Virus record (IMG/VR): IMGVR_UViG_3300044655_001596
Location: 13,319-77,318 of that record
From: a virus
DNA length: 64,000 nt
Direction: 5' to 3' (one strand)
Position numbers and translations under genes: made by a program. The notes beneath the pieces were generated by a model, which saw nothing but the letters and a program-made list of their open reading frames with translations, was not told where the DNA came from and made no database searches. Shown here in pieces: positions 10,266 to 19,480 of the stretch; the first letter of the stretch is position 1, and every line of letters starts with the position of its first letter.

Positions 10266-11363
10266 ATGAAGAAAATCTTCGCAATCATGATTGCACTTGC
10301 GGCTACCTCTGTGTTTGCTCAAAGTGCTGTCAACATCACTGGCTTGGTTGACACCGGCCTGTTGTTCACCAATGCAGCCACTGGTGTCAATACCAAAGGC
10401 CTTGCGGCCAACAATTCATCTACCACAGTGCTTACTATCGGAGGCACTGAGGATTTGGGCAGCGGCCTACGTGCCAATTTCAAACTGCAACTCACACCTG
10501 ATTTTATTAATGGTGCTGGTGTTGAAGGCACCTCATACAACTCAACCACAGCAGGCACTGTGGGTGTTGGTCAAGAAGCCTTTATCGGTACAGAAGCCAA
10601 TTGGGGCACTGTGAAACTTGGTCGTGTGAACTCAAACATCTTGGAAACATGGCTCAACGGCTCAGCACTCGGGACTGCTATTGGTTCAGGTTATGGATCA
10701 AACGGTAACATCTTTACTCGTTACAGTGCCACAGCAACTCACACAGCACAATCTGCACCCACACGTTTCAATGGAGCCATTCGTTATGAATCTCCTGCAG
10801 TAGCAGGTTTTAGTGGTTCTTATTTGTATGTGCCACCCAGTGCCAGCGTCAATGCTCAGAGTGTGGTTGACTATGGTGTAAAATATGCCAATGGTCCTTT
10901 GAGTGTGCAGTATGCCTCTCAACGTATTGAACAATCAGGCACTTTGGCCACCACCACAGCATCATTTATTACCCCTGGTTCACAGGCCTTAGAAGCCGGT
11001 ACCAACAACACTCTTAGCCTGTTGTCGGCCAACTACCAGATTGGTGCCGCAACTGTGTATGGTGCTCGTTGGACAGAAAAACAAAACACTGCCACCGCCA
11101 TTGACCAGGTTGGACAGATGTTTGGTGCCAAGTACACCGTCGGTGCTACCAGCTTCATGATTTCAACTGGTTCCAGCAACGAAAAGAGCACAGCCAATGT
11201 AGACAAGAAAATTCTTGGGTACGGTGTGAATCATGACCTAAGCAAAAGAACCACCTTGTATGCACGTCTTGATACTCGTGATGCTGACACTAACACAGCA
11301 GGTGCCACAGCCGCTGCTGGTGTAACAAAGCGCACCGCAGTTGGTATACGCCACACGTTCTAA
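10266..11363 (+). CDS. Gram-negative trimeric porin (betaproteobacterial type)
   Basis: Signal peptide AQS, GTEDLGSGLRANFKL, LSKRTTLYA, C-terminal VGIRHTF beta-signal. Confidence 0.92.
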   Translation: MKKIFAIMIALAATSVFAQSAVNITGLVDTGLLFTNAATGVNTKGLAANNSSTTVLTIGGTEDLGSGLRANFKLQLTPDFINGAGVEGTSYNSTTAGTVGVGQEAFIGTEANWGTVKLGRVNSNILETWLNGSALGTAIGSGYGSNGNIFTRYSATATHTAQSAPTRFNGAIRYESPAVAGFSGSYLYVPPSASVNAQSVVDYGVKYANGPLSVQYASQRIEQSGTLATTTASFITPGSQALEAGTNNTLSLLSANYQIGAATVYGARWTEKQNTATAIDQVGQMFGAKYTVGATSFMISTGSSNEKSTANVDKKILGYGVNHDLSKRTTLYARLDTRDADTNTAGATAAAGVTKRTAVGIRHTF

Positions 11364-11468
11364 TACCAAAGTACTACTGATCAAAAAGTAATACTCAAGT
11401 ACTACAAAAGCCCTTCTGCGTGTAGGGCTTTTTTTATGGTTGACCGATAATTGCTCTTTTGCTATAAT
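11360..11468 (+). promoter_or_regulatory. operator + terminator + sigma70 promoter cassette
   Basis: GTAnTAC boxes at 11371, 11388, 11399; hairpin AAAAGCCCT..AGGGCTTTT + T run; TTGACC(11440)-17-TATAAT. Confidence 0.85.
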
Positions 11469-11498
11469 TAGAACATGAAAACAAAAAAGGAAAAGAAG

Positions 11499-11600
11499 AT
11501 GACAAAAAACAAAAAGCCAACCCTGGGAGAACTGTTCCGCAAACGACTGGGACTCAAGCCAACTCTAAATCAGTTGTTGGTCAAGCGGTTGCGTGGTTGA
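11499..11600 (+). CDS. basic microprotein with internal duplication (not in ORF track)
   Basis: MTKNKKPTLGELFRKRLGLKPTLNQLLVKRLRG after promoter and AAGGA RBS; alternative start 11475. Confidence 0.5.
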   Translation: MTKNKKPTLGELFRKRLGLKPTLNQLLVKRLRG

Positions 11601-11625
11601 CCGAATATTCCCAATTTGTTATAAT
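11597..11625 (+). promoter_or_regulatory. sigma70 early-type promoter
   Basis: TTGACC-17-TATAAT followed by AGGAG RBS. Confidence 0.85.
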
Positions 11626-11655
11626 ACTTGTACAGAAACTTAACAGGAGACCAAG

Positions 11656-11940
11656 ATGGAAAAACTCAGCACTATTCAGCAAATCAATTCTGCTATCATG
11701 TTTGGTAATCTTTCTAATGTAGAACTGGAATCTGTAATTTCGGCAGTGAAGTTTGCACGGGCCAGCCTGGCCAAGCAAAACAAACGAGCATTCCAGCCAG
11801 GCGACTCTGTGAAGTTCACCAGCAATCGCAATGGCCTGACTTATGTTGGCACAGTTAACAAAGTCAAAATCAAATTTATTCTTGTCAAGACCAATGCAGG
11901 CTTGTTCAATGTACCAGCCAACATGCTGGAGGCCGCATGA
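11656..11940 (+). CDS. hypothetical early protein (SH3-like C-terminus)
   Basis: Own promoter and RBS; GDSVKF...GTVNKVKIK pattern. Confidence 0.75.
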   Translation: MEKLSTIQQINSAIMFGNLSNVELESVISAVKFARASLAKQNKRAFQPGDSVKFTSNRNGLTYVGTVNKVKIKFILVKTNAGLFNVPANMLEAA

Positions 11941-12095
11941 CATTCCGTGCATGGTTGCGAGAGATGTGGTATGACCACCTCGACGAACTACAATCACTGG
12001 GTATGTTGCCACCCAAGTATGAGTTGAAAGAATACTTCAACAAATACAAATATTGGCTCAAGCGTGAATACCGTCATCAACAAGGAGCAAAATAA
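11937..12095 (+). CDS. small hypothetical protein (52 aa, not in ORF track)
   Basis: MTFRAWLREMWYDH...YKYWLKREYR; overlaps both neighbours. Confidence 0.65.
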   Translation: MTFRAWLREMWYDHLDELQSLGMLPPKYELKEYFNKYKYWLKREYRHQQGAK

Positions 12096-12451
12096 TGGGT
12101 CTCGACATGTATGCATACACCGCCGCCAAGGCCAATGCAGACTACGAAACTGGTCAACGTGAACTTGCCTACTGGCGTAAACATCCTAACCTACATGGTT
12201 GGATGGAACAACTTGCTGAATCTAAAAATGTAGAGTACAGTACATTCAACGGCGTTGAACTAGAACTCACTTGGGAGGATCTAGACAAACTGGAACATGC
12301 AATAACGCACAATCAACTGCCTCCCACACGAGGTTTCTTCTTTGGTGATTTTGCAGACGACTACTACAAAGCACAAGATCTTGAGTTCATCAAGAAGGCC
12401 CGAGCAGAATTGTTCTTGGGTTTAAAAGTGTTTTATAACTCCTCATGGTAA
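12095..12451 (+). CDS. conserved phage hypothetical protein (MGLDMY family)
   Basis: MGLDMY, YWRKHPNLHGWM, GFFFG, YNSSW motifs; AAGGAG RBS. Confidence 0.8.
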   Translation: MGLDMYAYTAAKANADYETGQRELAYWRKHPNLHGWMEQLAESKNVEYSTFNGVELELTWEDLDKLEHAITHNQLPPTRGFFFGDFADDYYKAQDLEFIKKARAELFLGLKVFYNSSW

Positions 12452-12462
12452 GGCTGTAAATA

Positions 12463-13836
12463 ATGAATGAAACTGACTTCTCAAACGAAAGGTTTGACAG
12501 CATAGTGGCGGCAGGTTGGATCCGTGATCTAGAAAGTTCGGACAGTCGCATACACAAAGAAAAAACAATTGAAAAAGCATTGATGGCCGCCAAACTGGGC
12601 AGTGCCGATGCACAATGTTTCCTCTTTAATTGCTACCAGGCTTACAATCCTTTCTACACATTTAACATCCGTCAGGTGCCTGAGACTGAGGGCCTGACTG
12701 GTAGGCCTAACCCTTGGACAAAATTTTGGGCCTTGTTGGAAGCCCTGCGCACACGATACATCACAGGCAATCGTGCCCGTGACAGTGTTGAATCTCTTAG
12801 CCAAGAGTTTGACTCAGATGAGTGGAACAACTTGGCTCGGCGTGTGATGATTAAAGATCTACGATGCGGAATCTCAGAAAAGACCTTGAACAAAGTGCTG
12901 GGCAAGACCGAATACAAGATTCCTGTGTTTACTTGCCAGCTGGCACAAGACTCCACAGACCAACCCAAGAAACTAAAAGGCATCAAACGTCTGGAAGTCA
13001 AGCTGGATGGTGTGCGTGTGTTGGCAGTGGTTGATGGCAGTAATGTTACCTTGTTCAGCCGTAATGGCAAAGAGTTTGAAAACTTTCCGCAGATTGCAGA
13101 TGCTGTAGAAGATGCTCGCAAACACTTCCAATATGGTCGTGGTACCGGTGGGCGTTTTGTACTAGATGGCGAGATTGTGGGCGAGAGCTTCCAGAAGCTG
13201 ATGAAACAAGCACACCGCAAAAGTGATGCCCGAACTGATGGTATGGTTTATCACATTTTTGATATCATTCCGTTGGATAGTTTCCAAGAAGGGCATTGTA
13301 ACATACAACAGTACAAACGCATTGAATGGATTGATAGTGCCAAGGAGCGTCTGCTTGAAACACCCTGCCTGCGTATTATGAATGGGCTAGAAGTGAACTT
13401 GGACACAGCCGAAGGTCATGATATCATGCAACGGTTCGCTGAAGCATCAGTGGCAGAAGGTTTCGAAGGCATTATGATCAAGAGCATGGATGCACCTTAT
13501 GAGTGCAAACGTTCAGACTTTTGGATGAAATGGAAGCCTACAATTAGTGTTGATCTCAATATTGTGGGTTTTGAGCAAGGAACAGGTCGCAATGAAAATC
13601 GACTTGGTGCTATAATTTGTGAAGGAGAAGACAATGACCGTAGAATTCGCGTTAATGTTGGTAGCGGCTTTAGTGATGCTCTTCGTGATGAGTATTGGGC
13701 CGCAAGGGATAACTTGCTTGGTCACTTGGTTGAAGTCCAAGCGGACGCAGTCACACAAAACCAAGACGGAACATACTCCCTGAGATTTCCGCGCTTTTTG
13801 CGCTTCCGTGATTTTGATGCAGGAAATAAATTATGA
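12463..13836 (+). CDS. ATP-dependent DNA ligase
   Basis: KLDGVR motif I, LDGEI, EGIMIK, WMKWK, SLRFPRF. Confidence 0.96.
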   Translation: MNETDFSNERFDSIVAAGWIRDLESSDSRIHKEKTIEKALMAAKLGSADAQCFLFNCYQAYNPFYTFNIRQVPETEGLTGRPNPWTKFWALLEALRTRYITGNRARDSVESLSQEFDSDEWNNLARRVMIKDLRCGISEKTLNKVLGKTEYKIPVFTCQLAQDSTDQPKKLKGIKRLEVKLDGVRVLAVVDGSNVTLFSRNGKEFENFPQIADAVEDARKHFQYGRGTGGRFVLDGEIVGESFQKLMKQAHRKSDARTDGMVYHIFDIIPLDSFQEGHCNIQQYKRIEWIDSAKERLLETPCLRIMNGLEVNLDTAEGHDIMQRFAEASVAEGFEGIMIKSMDAPYECKRSDFWMKWKPTISVDLNIVGFEQGTGRNENRLGAIICEGEDNDRRIRVNVGSGFSDALRDEYWAARDNLLGHLVEVQADAVTQNQDGTYSLRFPRFLRFRDFDAGNKL

Positions 13837-14252
13837 AAATTGGACTCAGTTACAGCCGTTGTGTTCGTGACATTGTTGACGGCAAGGTAGACATCAATGA
13901 TGTTCTGGTCATTGTTGCTCGCACAGACTTTGATCCACGTGATGATGCACAATGGTCGGGTATCTGGGCAGGCTATAGTGGCGGCTCATTTCTAAACACA
14001 AATATGGAATGGGGCGATACTGATTACACGGAACAAGATTTCCGTGATGTCAGTATTGAATTATGGAATCAAGGCAAGTTCCACCAGCCCCGCAAGTTCG
14101 GTGCTCACCCCCGACGCCTGCCGTACTACTGGTTAGAAACTGTGGTATCAGACAGCGACCTAGAAAACTCGCCCACTGTAAAAGACGCTTGGAACAAATT
14201 CCAACTGGTATCTGGCCTTCGAGGCACCCCACTGAAAGCACACAATGAGTAA
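13833..14252 (+). CDS. hypothetical protein
   Basis: ATGA overlap, operon context. Confidence 0.7.
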   Translation: MKIGLSYSRCVRDIVDGKVDINDVLVIVARTDFDPRDDAQWSGIWAGYSGGSFLNTNMEWGDTDYTEQDFRDVSIELWNQGKFHQPRKFGAHPRRLPYYWLETVVSDSDLENSPTVKDAWNKFQLVSGLRGTPLKAHNE

Positions 14253-14472
14253 ACGAGTTGGACCCATCACCCTGGACGGCGACGCCGCTGATCGCATTAC
14301 TTTGCTTAACTTGAAAGAGTTCCGTGGCTATCTCAAGAAAGAGCTCAGTGACTGGAAAAAGAATCCCAAAACTGAAGACAATCCCAACGGCTATTGGTTG
14401 CATCCTGAAGACGTTGGCAACAACATCCGCATAATCGAAGCATTGAACCTAGTGATCAAACAATACGAATGA
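14245..14472 (+). CDS. hypothetical protein
   Basis: Overlapping operon context. Confidence 0.65.
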   Translation: MSKRVGPITLDGDAADRITLLNLKEFRGYLKKELSDWKKNPKTEDNPNGYWLHPEDVGNNIRIIEALNLVIKQYE

Positions 14473-14699
14473 CAACAAAATCAGCAAAAGGCCTGCGTGG
14501 TCACATTATCGACAGCCTTGACGGCACCTATTATTTTCGGGTGTATGATGCTGATCACAACTTTACAGATTACCTGTTGCGTCATTGCGATTTGACTGTG
14601 GTAATTGATGATGAAGATGCATACTTGTATGAAGACGAATTTAGTGCAACACTAGATCACAGTCCAGGAACATTAGGAATAAAAGACGATGGTACTTGA
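14469..14699 (+). CDS. hypothetical protein
   Basis: ATGA overlap; FRVYD...LDHSP motif. Confidence 0.65.
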   Translation: MTTKSAKGLRGHIIDSLDGTYYFRVYDADHNFTDYLLRHCDLTVVIDDEDAYLYEDEFSATLDHSPGTLGIKDDGT

Positions 14700-14808
14700 G
14701 ATATTTTTGTACGGTTTTATCTCAGCATTTGGTTGGTGGAGTGCCACACACTATGTGATTGAGCCGCACTTTCCACCACCCATTGAAAAGAAAGTGGAAC
14801 AAAAGTGA
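14689..14808 (+). CDS. small membrane protein (39 aa, not in ORF track)
   Basis: MVLEIFLYGFISAFGWWSATHYVIEPHFPPP; fills the gap and overlaps both neighbours. Confidence 0.55.
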   Translation: MVLEIFLYGFISAFGWWSATHYVIEPHFPPPIEKKVEQK

Positions 14809-15263
14809 AAAAAATCTACTACGAAAAACGTGGTCGCAGGTACGTGCCTGTCGCTGAAAATGACTATGACATGTTTGATGCCATGCCAAAAGGCGCACAT
14901 CTTGTGATGTGCTATCCTGGTGGACAAAGCAAACGCTACAACATCAACCCTAACTATGCGGCCTTGATTGCCGCTGGGCGTGTTGCTGAGGATGCAATGA
15001 GCGAAGCCATTCGCAAGGCCAGCGAACTGCGACCACAAAAAACCACTATTACCCCAGGACAAAAGCAAGCCTGGGAAAAGTTGGCCAAAGAGTTTGGTAG
15101 TGAATTAGCCACATTGCAAATCAGTAGTGCCAGAGATATTGCCGAAGCAGGATTGAAAGCATTGCAAGCAGAAGCAGATAAATTAATGCAACACGAAAGT
15201 GTAAAAAGTGCATACGAACAATTCCTGTTGGTATGCGAATTAACCAAGAAGGAGAATGCATAA
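14805..15263 (+). CDS. hypothetical protein
   Basis: GTG start overlapping upstream stop; operon context. Confidence 0.7.
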   Translation: MKKIYYEKRGRRYVPVAENDYDMFDAMPKGAHLVMCYPGGQSKRYNINPNYAALIAAGRVAEDAMSEAIRKASELRPQKTTITPGQKQAWEKLAKEFGSELATLQISSARDIAEAGLKALQAEADKLMQHESVKSAYEQFLLVCELTKKENA

Positions 15264-15958
15264 TGTATGCAACAACAGTTGACAGTTATCGAGACGCCGC
15301 AGGCGTAAACCAGGCCATGGGCCGAGTATATGGCCATATGGCGCTGGCTGTGCTAACCAGCATGCTTGTGAGCATGTTTGTGGGCATGAACCCAGAACTG
15401 GTTGAGTTTTTCTTTACCGGCATCATGAAGTGGGTAGTGATCTTTGCACCACTTGCGGCAGTGTTTGTGGTTGCACCTGTACTGGCCAGTAACCCAACAC
15501 CTCCGGTGGCCATGGCGGCTCTACACGGCTTTGCGGCCTTGATGGGTCTGAGCTTTGCAATGATCTTTGTGATCTACACCATGGGATCGATCTTTACTGC
15601 CTTCATGGGTGCGGCTGTGCTTTTTGGCACCATGAGTGGGTATGGTTATTTTACCAAACAAAGTCTTGATTCAGTAGGCAAGTATGCCTTTGTCGCTTTG
15701 ATCGCCATCTGCATTGCCAGTATAGTTAATATCTTTATTGGCAGCACCGTGATGCAGATGGTGATCTCCGCAATTGCAATCTTGGTGTTTTTGGCACTCA
15801 CGGCCTACGACACTCAAACCATTCGTGAAAGAGTATCACGTGAAGATAGCACCTATGGTGATGAAGTGTCTGGAGCACTGAGTTTGTACCTGGACTTTAT
15901 CAATATCTTTATTCACTTGCTCCAGTTGTTTGGAATTATGAACAACAAAGACGACTAA
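15263..15958 (+). CDS. Bax inhibitor-1/YccA family membrane protein
   Basis: About 7 TM helices, AYDTQ, GALSLYLDFINIF; start set at ATG 15263 after AAGGAG. Confidence 0.93.
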   Translation: MYATTVDSYRDAAGVNQAMGRVYGHMALAVLTSMLVSMFVGMNPELVEFFFTGIMKWVVIFAPLAAVFVVAPVLASNPTPPVAMAALHGFAALMGLSFAMIFVIYTMGSIFTAFMGAAVLFGTMSGYGYFTKQSLDSVGKYAFVALIAICIASIVNIFIGSTVMQMVISAIAILVFLALTAYDTQTIRERVSREDSTYGDEVSGALSLYLDFINIFIHLLQLFGIMNNKDD

Positions 15959-16068
15959 TGTACATCTCATCCAGGAATCTTGAAATACAATTGCCCTGGG
16001 AGCCAGGCCTGTTGGAATGGTTGCAAGAACACTACCCAGTTTCGGGTTATTTTTTAGTAGAGGACTAG
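15958..16068 (+). CDS. microprotein (36 aa, not in ORF track)
   Basis: MYISSRNLEIQLPWEPGLLEWLQEHYP; coupled to neighbours. Confidence 0.45.
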   Translation: MYISSRNLEIQLPWEPGLLEWLQEHYPVSGYFLVED

Positions 16069-16069
16069 C

Positions 16070-17038
16070 ATGGCCACAATTGACGAACAAAACAAATTGA
16101 TTGAAGTACTCAAGTTTACACCACGCACCTACAAGATTCAATTGTGGGGCTATGGTGGTGAGTACATCATGGGCACAGTGGATCGCAAGATCTATGATTA
16201 CTTTCGCTATCGTAGACTGAGCCTAAGTGACTTTGCTTGGGACTCGGACTATGCAGAGGAAAACAACATTCCCGAAGAAATGTGGCCGTTCTCACCAGGC
16301 AGTTACTATGACTGTGATGACATTTGCCATGAACACGGGGTTGACCGCAATGCTGGCACAATTCAAATCATGGACGAACAAGATCAAATTGTTTACGAAA
16401 AGAGACTGGAAGACATCTCAGGCATGGGTGCAGATGGTGATCCACCTGAACCCGAATGGGGCGGTGGCGAGGAATACTGGATTGGTATGAAGCCGGTGGG
16501 CACAGTAGTGTTCTTTGGCATCAGCAACGAGAAGGGCACTTTCTTTGAAGGTGAACTTCCACTAACCCAACCATTTGACGTTGCCAAACTTGAAATGGGC
16601 TATGACGAGATTGACGGCAACGACATTATCACCAACGTCAAATATGATGGCGAACAGATCGACAACTGGGGAGGTGACACCAACGGCAAAAGTAGTGATT
16701 TTGGTTTCTACCTGGTTAAGGATTCCAACACCTGGCAAAAATATTGCACCATGGATGATATTGAATATCCAATGACTGAATGGTTTCCCAAGAAGATCAA
16801 GCCTGTGCGTGAAGGCGTGTACATGATCAGAGTACCAGGCAAAAGTGGTTATACACATCATGCCAAGTGGACCGGTACACGTTGGATTAGTTCCTGGCAA
16901 GAGGACGTTAGCGACACTGAAGAACTCAAAATCAAAGAATGGCAAGGCATCTCTTTTGATCCTGAAGAACTAGAAATTCGAGAAGACTTTGATAAACTTG
17001 TTGTAGAATTTGACGAACTGTCGAAAGAGGAGAACTAA
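16070..17038 (+). CDS. acidic hypothetical protein
   Basis: 322 aa ORF with GAGGA RBS; C-terminal TEWFP..KPVREGVY module. Confidence 0.75.
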   Translation: MATIDEQNKLIEVLKFTPRTYKIQLWGYGGEYIMGTVDRKIYDYFRYRRLSLSDFAWDSDYAEENNIPEEMWPFSPGSYYDCDDICHEHGVDRNAGTIQIMDEQDQIVYEKRLEDISGMGADGDPPEPEWGGGEEYWIGMKPVGTVVFFGISNEKGTFFEGELPLTQPFDVAKLEMGYDEIDGNDIITNVKYDGEQIDNWGGDTNGKSSDFGFYLVKDSNTWQKYCTMDDIEYPMTEWFPKKIKPVREGVYMIRVPGKSGYTHHAKWTGTRWISSWQEDVSDTEELKIKEWQGISFDPEELEIREDFDKLVVEFDELSKEEN

Positions 17039-17039
17039 T

Positions 17040-17423
17040 ATGGCAACATGGGTATTAACAACTGCTGAAAAGAAAAACGTTGAAGAAATTGAATTTTGGT
17101 ACAAAGACGGAAAAATAATCAAACGCACTACTGGTTTTCGTTGGGGCACAGTCTATTGCGAAAGTGATGAACGGCCTGATATTGATTTAGAGAATCCGGA
17201 TGGCCTTGAAGTATTTGCTACTGATTATGACTTCGAACTTGACAACTTGGATGATGGACATTACTGTGATGTTGAATATCCGGACGACATGAGCGAAGAA
17301 GAACAAGAGCGTATGGACGAACTCTGGGATGAAGATTCTTATAGTGCCTGGGAAGAAGAAGGTTGGTCAAACGACGACACAGAAACTTGGTTCCATGGTC
17401 CACTAGATTTAGAACAACAATAA
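17040..17423 (+). CDS. highly acidic hypothetical protein
   Basis: GAGGAG RBS; D/E-rich. Confidence 0.7.
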   Translation: MATWVLTTAEKKNVEEIEFWYKDGKIIKRTTGFRWGTVYCESDERPDIDLENPDGLEVFATDYDFELDNLDDGHYCDVEYPDDMSEEEQERMDELWDEDSYSAWEEEGWSNDDTETWFHGPLDLEQQ

Positions 17424-17424
17424 G

Positions 17425-17645
17425 TTGACATCGCCACCACTCCTTGTGTATAATGCAAGTGTGCATGGGCAAGGAGATAGGTGGCGATCTAATGGCATGA
17501 GCGGGGTGATTGAACGCCCGGGCCCGACATAGCCGTGGCAGGTAGATGTAATGCCCACGAGGTTGAGACACTGTCCAAGACCCGGCAACGGGTCAAAACC
17601 GGCTGGTACCCGGTGTATGCTTCAGTTGGAATTCACAGTGAAAGG
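17425..17645 (+). ncRNA. candidate structured RNA / long structured leader behind a sigma70 promoter
   Basis: TTGACA-18-TATAAT then a GC-rich non-coding tract with stems CGTGGCA/TGCCCACG, GACCCG-GCAA-CGGGTC, ACCGG/CCGGT. Confidence 0.5.
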
Positions 17646-17653
17646 AACGTTAA

Positions 17654-17971
17654 ATGTCTGTTAAAATAGAAGCCTCTGATTCCATGCTTCCATCCCTTGA
17701 CTCTCTTAAAACAACGGCTTTGCCCATGCACAAATTATATTTCGAACTGAGTGATATTGACACATGGTATGCCATCATGCGTGAAGCACGAGCACAGTTC
17801 GGCAAAAACTGGCGTAGTCAGGCACATGTCAAACGACGACTAGAACACGCCAGTCTCTGGCGAGTGGATGGTCACGCAGAACGTGTGTGGTTTGAAGTGC
17901 CAGATCCCAAGTTCGGTACCTGGATAGCCATTAAACATGCTGTTAGACAGGTGCAACCACCCGGTAAATAA
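17654..17971 (+). CDS. hypothetical protein
   Basis: AAAGGA RBS; C-terminal FEVPDPKFGTWIAIK. Confidence 0.7.
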   Translation: MSVKIEASDSMLPSLDSLKTTALPMHKLYFELSDIDTWYAIMREARAQFGKNWRSQAHVKRRLEHASLWRVDGHAERVWFEVPDPKFGTWIAIKHAVRQVQPPGK

Positions 17972-17977
17972 TACTCT

Positions 17978-19480
17978 ATGATATTTGGATTTGCTATTCT
18001 CGCCACCGCATTGTTGTTAAGCATGGTGGCTGCTTATTACTCAGTAGCCGGATTGGTGGCCATATTTTCTGCGGCGACCATTCCGGTTATCATCATGGGT
18101 GGCAGCCTGGAACTGGGCAAGATTGCAGCCACAGTGTGGTTGCACAACAATTGGCGACGTGCTGGTTGGGCATTCAAGTTTTATCTTGTGCCTGCTGTGG
18201 CGTTTCTCATGATCTTGACTAGTATGGGTATTTTTGGATATCTATCAAAAGCACACAGTGATCAAAGTTTAGTGTCGGGCGATGTACAAAGTAAAATTGC
18301 CATCTATGACGAAAAGATCAAGACAGCAAAGGACAATATAGATGCGAACCGGAAGGCGCTTAGACAGATGGATGAAGCTGTGGACCAAGTTATGGGTCGA
18401 AGCAGTGATGAAAAAGGTGCCGACAAAGCTGTTGCAATCCGACGAGCACAGCAAAAAGAACGTGCAAGACTTCAATCCGAGATCGCGGCCGAACAGAAAA
18501 CAATTGCCGCCGTTAGCGAAGAACGTGCGCCAATCGCTGCCGAGGTTCGTAAGGTTGAAGCAGAAGTTGGACCGATAAAATACATTGCGGCCTTGCTGTA
18601 CGGAGACAACCCTGACAACAATCTGCTAGAACGTGCGGTGCGTTGGATGATCATAATGATTGTGCTGGTGTTTGATCCACTAGCACTAACCTTAATTCTA
18701 GCCGCCAACAAACAGTTTGAATGGGCACGACAAGGCACCGGAGGTTTTGTACACGACGAGCCCAAGTACGAGGCCGACGATGGTCCTTTAACTGACCAAC
18801 AAGTTGATCAACTCAACAAATCTGTTGAAGTGCTTAAAACAGACCCGCACCCACCAGGCTGGATGTTTGACAAGTTTCCTTATCTACAGGCTGGCGCGGC
18901 CATGTTCTTCAAAGACGTCAAACCCATGCCGGCTCAGTCTGACAATGACCAAGCGGCCATGAACATTGTTGCAGAACCTCCTGGTATAGAAACACGCCCA
19001 TTTACTCCTGACGAAATAGCGGCGCTGGAGGCGGCGGATCACGAAGATGAAGAGGATGATGCACTCAAAGCTGCCATTAGACAATGGAAAGCTGCCAACC
19101 CCGACGATACCTTGAAGAACCAACGTTTCAAATTGATGCGGGGAGAAATTGCTGAATTACCTTGGATGGGCTTGTTGGCTGACAATGAATCAAGAAAAGA
19201 AATAAACAGTGGGTTTGGCACACAGTTTCCACCACATGCCGAACGTGGCGATACCTTTGTAAGAGTTGACCGCCTGCCCACAGTGGTCTATAAGTACAAT
19301 GGTAAAGACTGGATAGAAGTTGACAAAAATCTAACAGACAGTTATACTTACGATATTGCTTATATTGATCACTTGATAGAGCGCATTGCATCTGGCGAAT
19401 ATGATGCTGAACTATTGAGTGAAATCGAGCGTGAGCAAGTGTCCCAACGTTTACAATCAAATACAAATACAAACACATGA
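17978..19480 (+). CDS. membrane protein with long coiled coil
   Basis: 3 N-terminal TM helices, coiled coil, 4th TM (VFDPLA), soluble tail; TAAATA box upstream; stop overlaps clpX start. Confidence 0.8.
   Translation: MIFGFAILATALLLSMVAAYYSVAGLVAIFSAATIPVIIMGGSLELGKIAATVWLHNNWRRAGWAFKFYLVPAVAFLMILTSMGIFGYLSKAHSDQSLVSGDVQSKIAIYDEKIKTAKDNIDANRKALRQMDEAVDQVMGRSSDEKGADKAVAIRRAQQKERARLQSEIAAEQKTIAAVSEERAPIAAEVRKVEAEVGPIKYIAALLYGDNPDNNLLERAVRWMIIMIVLVFDPLALTLILAANKQFEWARQGTGGFVHDEPKYEADDGPLTDQQVDQLNKSVEVLKTDPHPPGWMFDKFPYLQAGAAMFFKDVKPMPAQSDNDQAAMNIVAEPPGIETRPFTPDEIAALEAADHEDEEDDALKAAIRQWKAANPDDTLKNQRFKLMRGEIAELPWMGLLADNESRKEINSGFGTQFPPHAERGDTFVRVDRLPTVVYKYNGKDWIEVDKNLTDSYTYDIAYIDHLIERIASGEYDAELLSEIEREQVSQRLQSNTNTNT

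Noticed and set aside
17500-17580. TPP riboswitch or tmRNA (GGGGTG..., TAATGCC..GAGG)
   Set aside because: No CTGAGA/ACCTGA TPP core in the right order and no tRNA-like 3' end; kept only as an unassigned RNA candidate
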